Positions 35,403 through 38,474 of a stretch of DNA of 38,474 nt are shown here, one piece after another. The notes under the pieces are model-generated. The model was not told the DNA's origin and searched no databases. It saw nothing but the letters and a program-made list of their open reading frames with translations. Each line of letters begins with the position of its first letter. The stretch's first letter is position 1. The DNA lies in the IMG/VR virus record IMGVR_UViG_3300015203_000016, positions 1 through 38,474 of that record; one strand, written 5' to 3'. The DNA comes from a virus (taxonomy: Duplodnaviria; Caudoviricetes). The position numbers were made by a program, and so were the translations under genes.

Positions 35403-35411
35403 TTATCCACA
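35403..35411 (+). promoter_or_regulatory. consensus DnaA box
   Basis: TTATCCACA, 6 bp upstream of the -35 box. Confidence 0.5.
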
Positions 35412-35415
35412 ATCG

Positions 35416-35886
35416 TCAGGGAGTGGTGCGCCAACGCACCGTCACCTTCACGACGCCACGCGACAGCGGCGCGAGCAGCGCGAACGACCGTGCGTCCAAG
35501 TCGATCACCCGCGCTCCATAGCACTGGCACCAGTCGGAAAGCACGACCCGGACGCAGCGCGAGGCGCAGACCGTGACGATCCGGCCCCGCCAGCCCTGCC
35601 CGAGTGCCTGTCTCAGAGCAGGGCCGGCGGCAGCCTCCCCGGCGGTGTAGCGGTACCACGAGGCTATCCCCGACACGGACGCGCCTTGCGGCGTGGGCTT
35701 CGTGGTGTGCCCCATCGAAGCCGTCGGGAGGGTGACTACCGGGAACGCCACCCGGACGGGAGTATACGGTCCCGTGTACACCGGATGCGAGGGTGGCTCG
35801 CCCTTCACGGCAGCATTCAGCGGGGGGAACCACGCAAGGCCGAACGTGAGGAGGAGCCAACCCGCGAGGATCGCGAACCTACGCAT
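35416..35886 (-). CDS. secreted RlpA-like double-psi beta-barrel protein (lytic transglycosylase-like)
   Basis: signal peptide; GIASWY..AAAG..V.LSDWC..RVIDL..SFALLAPLSRGVVKV. Confidence 0.85.
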   Translation of the reverse strand: MRRFAILAGWLLLTFGLAWFPPLNAAVKGEPPSHPVYTGPYTPVRVAFPVVTLPTASMGHTTKPTPQGASVSGIASWYRYTAGEAAAGPALRQALGQGWRGRIVTVCASRCVRVVLSDWCQCYGARVIDLDARSFALLAPLSRGVVKVTVRWRTTP

Positions 35887-35989
35887 ACCAGGGGTCTTCC
35901 CACCACTCCGGGCGGCTCTCGACGTACCGGGGACGACGGAGGTATGCCACCAGGAGGAGGAGGGCGAGGGCGGCGAGGGCTCGGGTCAT
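35879..35989 (-). CDS. 36-aa membrane peptide
   Basis: read by hand: MTRALAALALLLLVAYLRRPRYVESRPEWWEDPWYA; overlaps both neighbours. Confidence 0.45.
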   Translation of the reverse strand: MTRALAALALLLLVAYLRRPRYVESRPEWWEDPWYA

Positions 35990-36531
35990 CCGACGAGGCC
36001 CATCTCGGCCTGCGAGGCAGCGAACTCGGGCGCCTCGTTGCCCCATGCGTCCCAGCCATAACGACGGCGGCGGGCAAACATCTCCAAATAGGGGCCGGGA
36101 CTGACGCGCTCCACCATCTCATAGAACTGGTCGGGCTTGACGGAGTGAGCGCCCCGCGGCCAGCGATGCCAAGTCCCCACGGAGCGAGTAGTGATGGGGA
36201 GCGAGGGACCACGGACTCCGAAGATGACGTATTCGCAGGTCTGCCGGAACCTGGCCCCCGGACCAAGGCCGGGCTTCGCCCAGACAATCACCTGACGCGG
36301 CTCGAAGCCCCACGCCTCTACGATCGAGAAGGAGTGCCGGAGAACCGTCGTCACCGTCCACAGGTACAGATGCGCCGACTTGTCGGCCATCGCGCCAACG
36401 GGCAAGGCTGCGATCTCCTCCATGCCCATCACCGGATAGGGCAAGGCCGCAACCGAGCCGGCACGCCACCCGGCGTTCACTCTCCCAAGGTCCCAAGGCG
36501 GGTCCGCGACGATGGTCCGATAGGCGGTCAT
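35986..36531 (-). CDS. MT-A70 family N6-adenine methyltransferase
   Basis: YRTIVADPPW, YPVM, LYLW, AWGF, HSVKP, YLEMFARR..GWDAWGNE. Confidence 0.93.
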   Translation of the reverse strand: MTAYRTIVADPPWDLGRVNAGWRAGSVAALPYPVMGMEEIAALPVGAMADKSAHLYLWTVTTVLRHSFSIVEAWGFEPRQVIVWAKPGLGPGARFRQTCEYVIFGVRGPSLPITTRSVGTWHRWPRGAHSVKPDQFYEMVERVSPGPYLEMFARRRRYGWDAWGNEAPEFAASQAEMGLVG

Positions 36532-36824
36532 CGCGGCGACTTCGGGTCAAGGGCAAGGCGGGCTTCGCGGGTCGCATGACGCAGCGGTTCCATCGCTGTG
36601 AACAGGCCGATGGGGATGGTCGCAAGGCGTGCATCGGCGTCGCGTGCATCAATCGCGATGTCTCCCGCCTCGATGCAGCGCTCCAGAGCGACCCGCAGTC
36701 CTTGTATCTCGGCATCCAATGGAGCACGCGCCTCGGCCTCGATGAATGAGAAGCCTTCGCGGAGTAGGTCAGCGCCACCCTCGTTGCGGGCAAACAGGCC
36801 GATGAGCCTGTCCTGAACGCTCAT
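36528..36824 (-). CDS. small early protein (IEAEA family)
   Basis: ATGA overlaps; FIEAEARA..LRVALE..ARLALD. Confidence 0.65.
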   Translation of the reverse strand: MSVQDRLIGLFARNEGGADLLREGFSFIEAEARAPLDAEIQGLRVALERCIEAGDIAIDARDADARLATIPIGLFTAMEPLRHATREARLALDPKSPR

Positions 36825-36952
36825 AGCTGCCAACCTCTCATGCAGGGGCAGCCCCGCCTAGCGATGGGGCAGACAACATGAATAGCTTCGCGCCATGGAG
36901 TCCGCATCCAGAGACGCCGCCAAATGAGGGATAGCCGAGCGCGAACCGTCAT
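36821..36952 (-). CDS. 43-aa hypothetical protein
   Basis: read by hand: MTVRARLSLIWRRLWMRTPWREAIHVVCPIARRGCPC...; ATGA overlaps on both sides. Confidence 0.45.
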   Translation of the reverse strand: MTVRARLSLIWRRLWMRTPWREAIHVVCPIARRGCPCMRGWQL

Positions 36953-37269
36953 CTCGGGACCGCCTTCTCGGTGGCGGCACGGATATCGGCGAGTTGCTCC
37001 TCCGAGTAGTTGATGAGATCGCCGTCGATAGCGTCATAGCAGACTTTGAGAAGCGACCGCAGTTCGGCGATCTTGGCATCAGCGGCAACGACGAGAGCGT
37101 TGTCGTACTCGGCTTGGAGGCGGACGGCTTCGTCGTGTCCTTGCAGCCAAGCCTCGCGCTCGATGGCAGAGATCACGGGCTCGGTCACGTCCGCGTCACA
37201 CTTCCCGTTCCGGTACAGGGCGTGGTCATGCACCAGCGCCCGTCCCGCCTCGGTTCGCGGTTCGCTCAC
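36949..37269 (-). CDS. modular small early protein (EPRTEAGRAL family)
   Basis: GTG 37269 in a GTGA overlap with GGAGG SD; module A. Confidence 0.75.
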   Translation of the reverse strand: MSEPRTEAGRALVHDHALYRNGKCDADVTEPVISAIEREAWLQGHDEAVRLQAEYDNALVVAADAKIAELRSLLKVCYDAIDGDLINYSEEQLADIRAATEKAVPR

Positions 37270-37481
37270 TTCACGTCCTCCCCGAGGGCGGCGCCCCATT
37301 GCGCCACTGCGAGGTCCGCTAGATGTTCGGCGGCTTCCCTGGCAGTCGGATGGCCTTCCCCGATGGGGTGGCACCATGCGCGCCGGAAACTGCCGTCCTT
37401 GCCGCCGTCGGGAGGTGCAAGGTCGGGGCCGACATAGGCCATGTAATACGGCTTCTCGAACGGGCCGAACTCGTAGATCAC
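37266..37481 (-). CDS. small early protein ending AALGEDVK
   Basis: bracketed by identical 28-bp junction repeats. Confidence 0.7.
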   Translation of the reverse strand: MIYEFGPFEKPYYMAYVGPDLAPPDGGKDGSFRRAWCHPIGEGHPTAREAAEHLADLAVAQWGAALGEDVK

Positions 37482-37505
37482 TTCACGTCCTCCCCGAGGG
37501 CGGCG
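37266..37505. repeat. two identical 28-bp junction repeats (37266-37293, 37478-37505)
   Basis: tcacttcacgtcctccccgagggcggcg = AALGEDVK plus SD, stop and next start. Confidence 0.92.
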
Positions 37506-38014
37506 TGCTCGGCGTCGCGTCGGGCGCGGTAGTCACGGGCGATGCCGATGAGGTCGGCGATGACGGCCTCCTCGAAGGCGCGAGCCTCGTCCATCAGGTC
37601 CATCCACGCCCGCTCATAGGTGAGCGCGTCGAGGGCTGGTACTGGTAGGGCAGCCCGTATCGGTCCCGTTTCTTCGCGCTCGACCCGAGCCGTGATCTTC
37701 CGGGAGGAGTGGAGGTTGAAGTTCAGCCGCGTCCCGTCGTTGAGGTAGACCGCGAACCACCAATGGCCCGAGTCCATGCGCTCGACGTGGAATGAGTCGA
37801 TGCCACCATTGACGAACAGATCGTCCAGGTCGCCGTTCGCCTCCGGGTCCTCGGTGATGACTGGCACAGCCTGTGGGGCTGGTACTGGTAGGGCAGCCCC
37901 GGCCGGGAACATTCGCAGCAGCTGTTCGAGTTCGTTGGACGCCTCGTCGAGAGAGGTCCCACGCCAACGATCACGGAGGATGGCGAGAAACGGTCGGAAG
38001 TTCGGTTCGCTCAC
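37478..38014 (-). CDS. modular early protein with two AALPVPA modules flanking an inserted domain
   Basis: GTG 38014; module B at 37876-37903 and 37623-37656 brackets a HVERMD..HWW domain. Confidence 0.75.
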   Translation of the reverse strand: MSEPNFRPFLAILRDRWRGTSLDEASNELEQLLRMFPAGAALPVPAPQAVPVITEDPEANGDLDDLFVNGGIDSFHVERMDSGHWWFAVYLNDGTRLNFNLHSSRKITARVEREETGPIRAALPVPALDALTYERAWMDLMDEARAFEEAVIADLIGIARDYRARRDAEHAALGEDVK

Positions 38015-38307
38015 GTCACGTCCTCCTGTGACCCGAGGGCGGTGATGAAACGCTGGACTCGGACGTTGCCTGCCGCCGTGTGCCACTCGCAGGGAATGTC
38101 GCCCGTCGCGTGACCCGACCCGGCGATCTCCGACCGGCAAACGGCTTCCTCGATCCGCAGCGCGTCGAGGGCTGGTACTGGTAGGGCAGCCTCGGCTTCG
38201 ATGGCGCGGATTGCCTGTCGTAACGCTTCTCTGCTCCAGCTGCGACGCGCCCACGCTTGGAGCATCGCCCTGCCCGCGTCTGTTCGGGGTTGCTCGGGCT
38301 GGGTCAT
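38011..38307 (-). CDS. modular small early protein (QPRTDAGRAM / AALPVPALDAL / ALGSQE)
   Basis: paralogous in architecture to 710-1027. Confidence 0.75.
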   Translation of the reverse strand: MTQPEQPRTDAGRAMLQAWARRSWSREALRQAIRAIEAEAALPVPALDALRIEEAVCRSEIAGSGHATGDIPCEWHTAAGNVRVQRFITALGSQEDVT

Positions 38308-38474
38308 CTAGAAGATGCTCCCGTTGGCCCACGGGCAGTCCGGGGTGGGGCAGATGACCATGTGCGCCGCAGCCGTGACCTTGTCGTACTCGGCCCGCGC
38401 CGCAGCCCTGACCTTGTCGTACTCGGCCCACGCCGGAGCCCTGACCTTGTCGTACTCGGCCCGCGCCGCAGCCC
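38308..38474 (-). CDS. C-terminal part of the 11-aa repeat protein
   Basis: ...AEYDKVTAAAHMVICPTPDCPWANGSIF*; same repeat as 1-242. Confidence 0.75.
   Translation of the reverse strand, partial: AAARAEYDKVRAPAWAEYDKVRAAARAEYDKVTAAAHMVICPTPDCPWANGSIF
38370..38474. repeat. 33-bp tandem repeat, 3 full units plus a partial unit
   Basis: same unit as 1-242. Confidence 0.95.

Noticed and set aside
37478-38431. 317-aa ORF as a single gene
   Set aside because: its 5' part is an alternate frame over 38011-38307 and the repeat gene; the real start is GTG 38014 with an SD
38370-38474. true direct terminal repeats of the virion DNA
   Set aside because: end similarity is confined to an intragenic tandem repeat, better explained as an assembly break

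Overview
The window looks like an essentially complete high-GC (about two-thirds GC by eye) tailed siphovirus-like phage genome. It is opened inside a 33-bp coding tandem repeat that appears at both ends. Almost all genes are on the minus strand. In order they are: an early small-gene array, MT-A70 methylase, RlpA-like protein, Erf recombinase, HNH, O-like replication initiator, SNF2-like helicase, DNA methylase, TerS/TerL, portal-MuF fusion, protease, HK97 capsid, five glycosyltransferases plus a methyltransferase, neck, tail, tape measure, tail fibres/tailspike and a GH25 lysis cassette. No integrase, DNA polymerase, tRNA or CRISPR array was recognised. The standout feature is a 224-aa Ala1 intein in the MuF HPN|C motif (23248-23919) with no endonuclease in its own frame. 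Instead, a DUF559/Vsr-like endonuclease gene appears to be nested entirely inside it on the opposite strand, with its own extended -10 promoter, SD, GTG start and stop. Also notable are an early gene array built from repeated in-frame DNA modules, a structured pseudoknot-like leader before the initiator gene, and leaderless promoters, one beside a perfect DnaA box. All functional calls come from motif recognition by eye, with no database searches.
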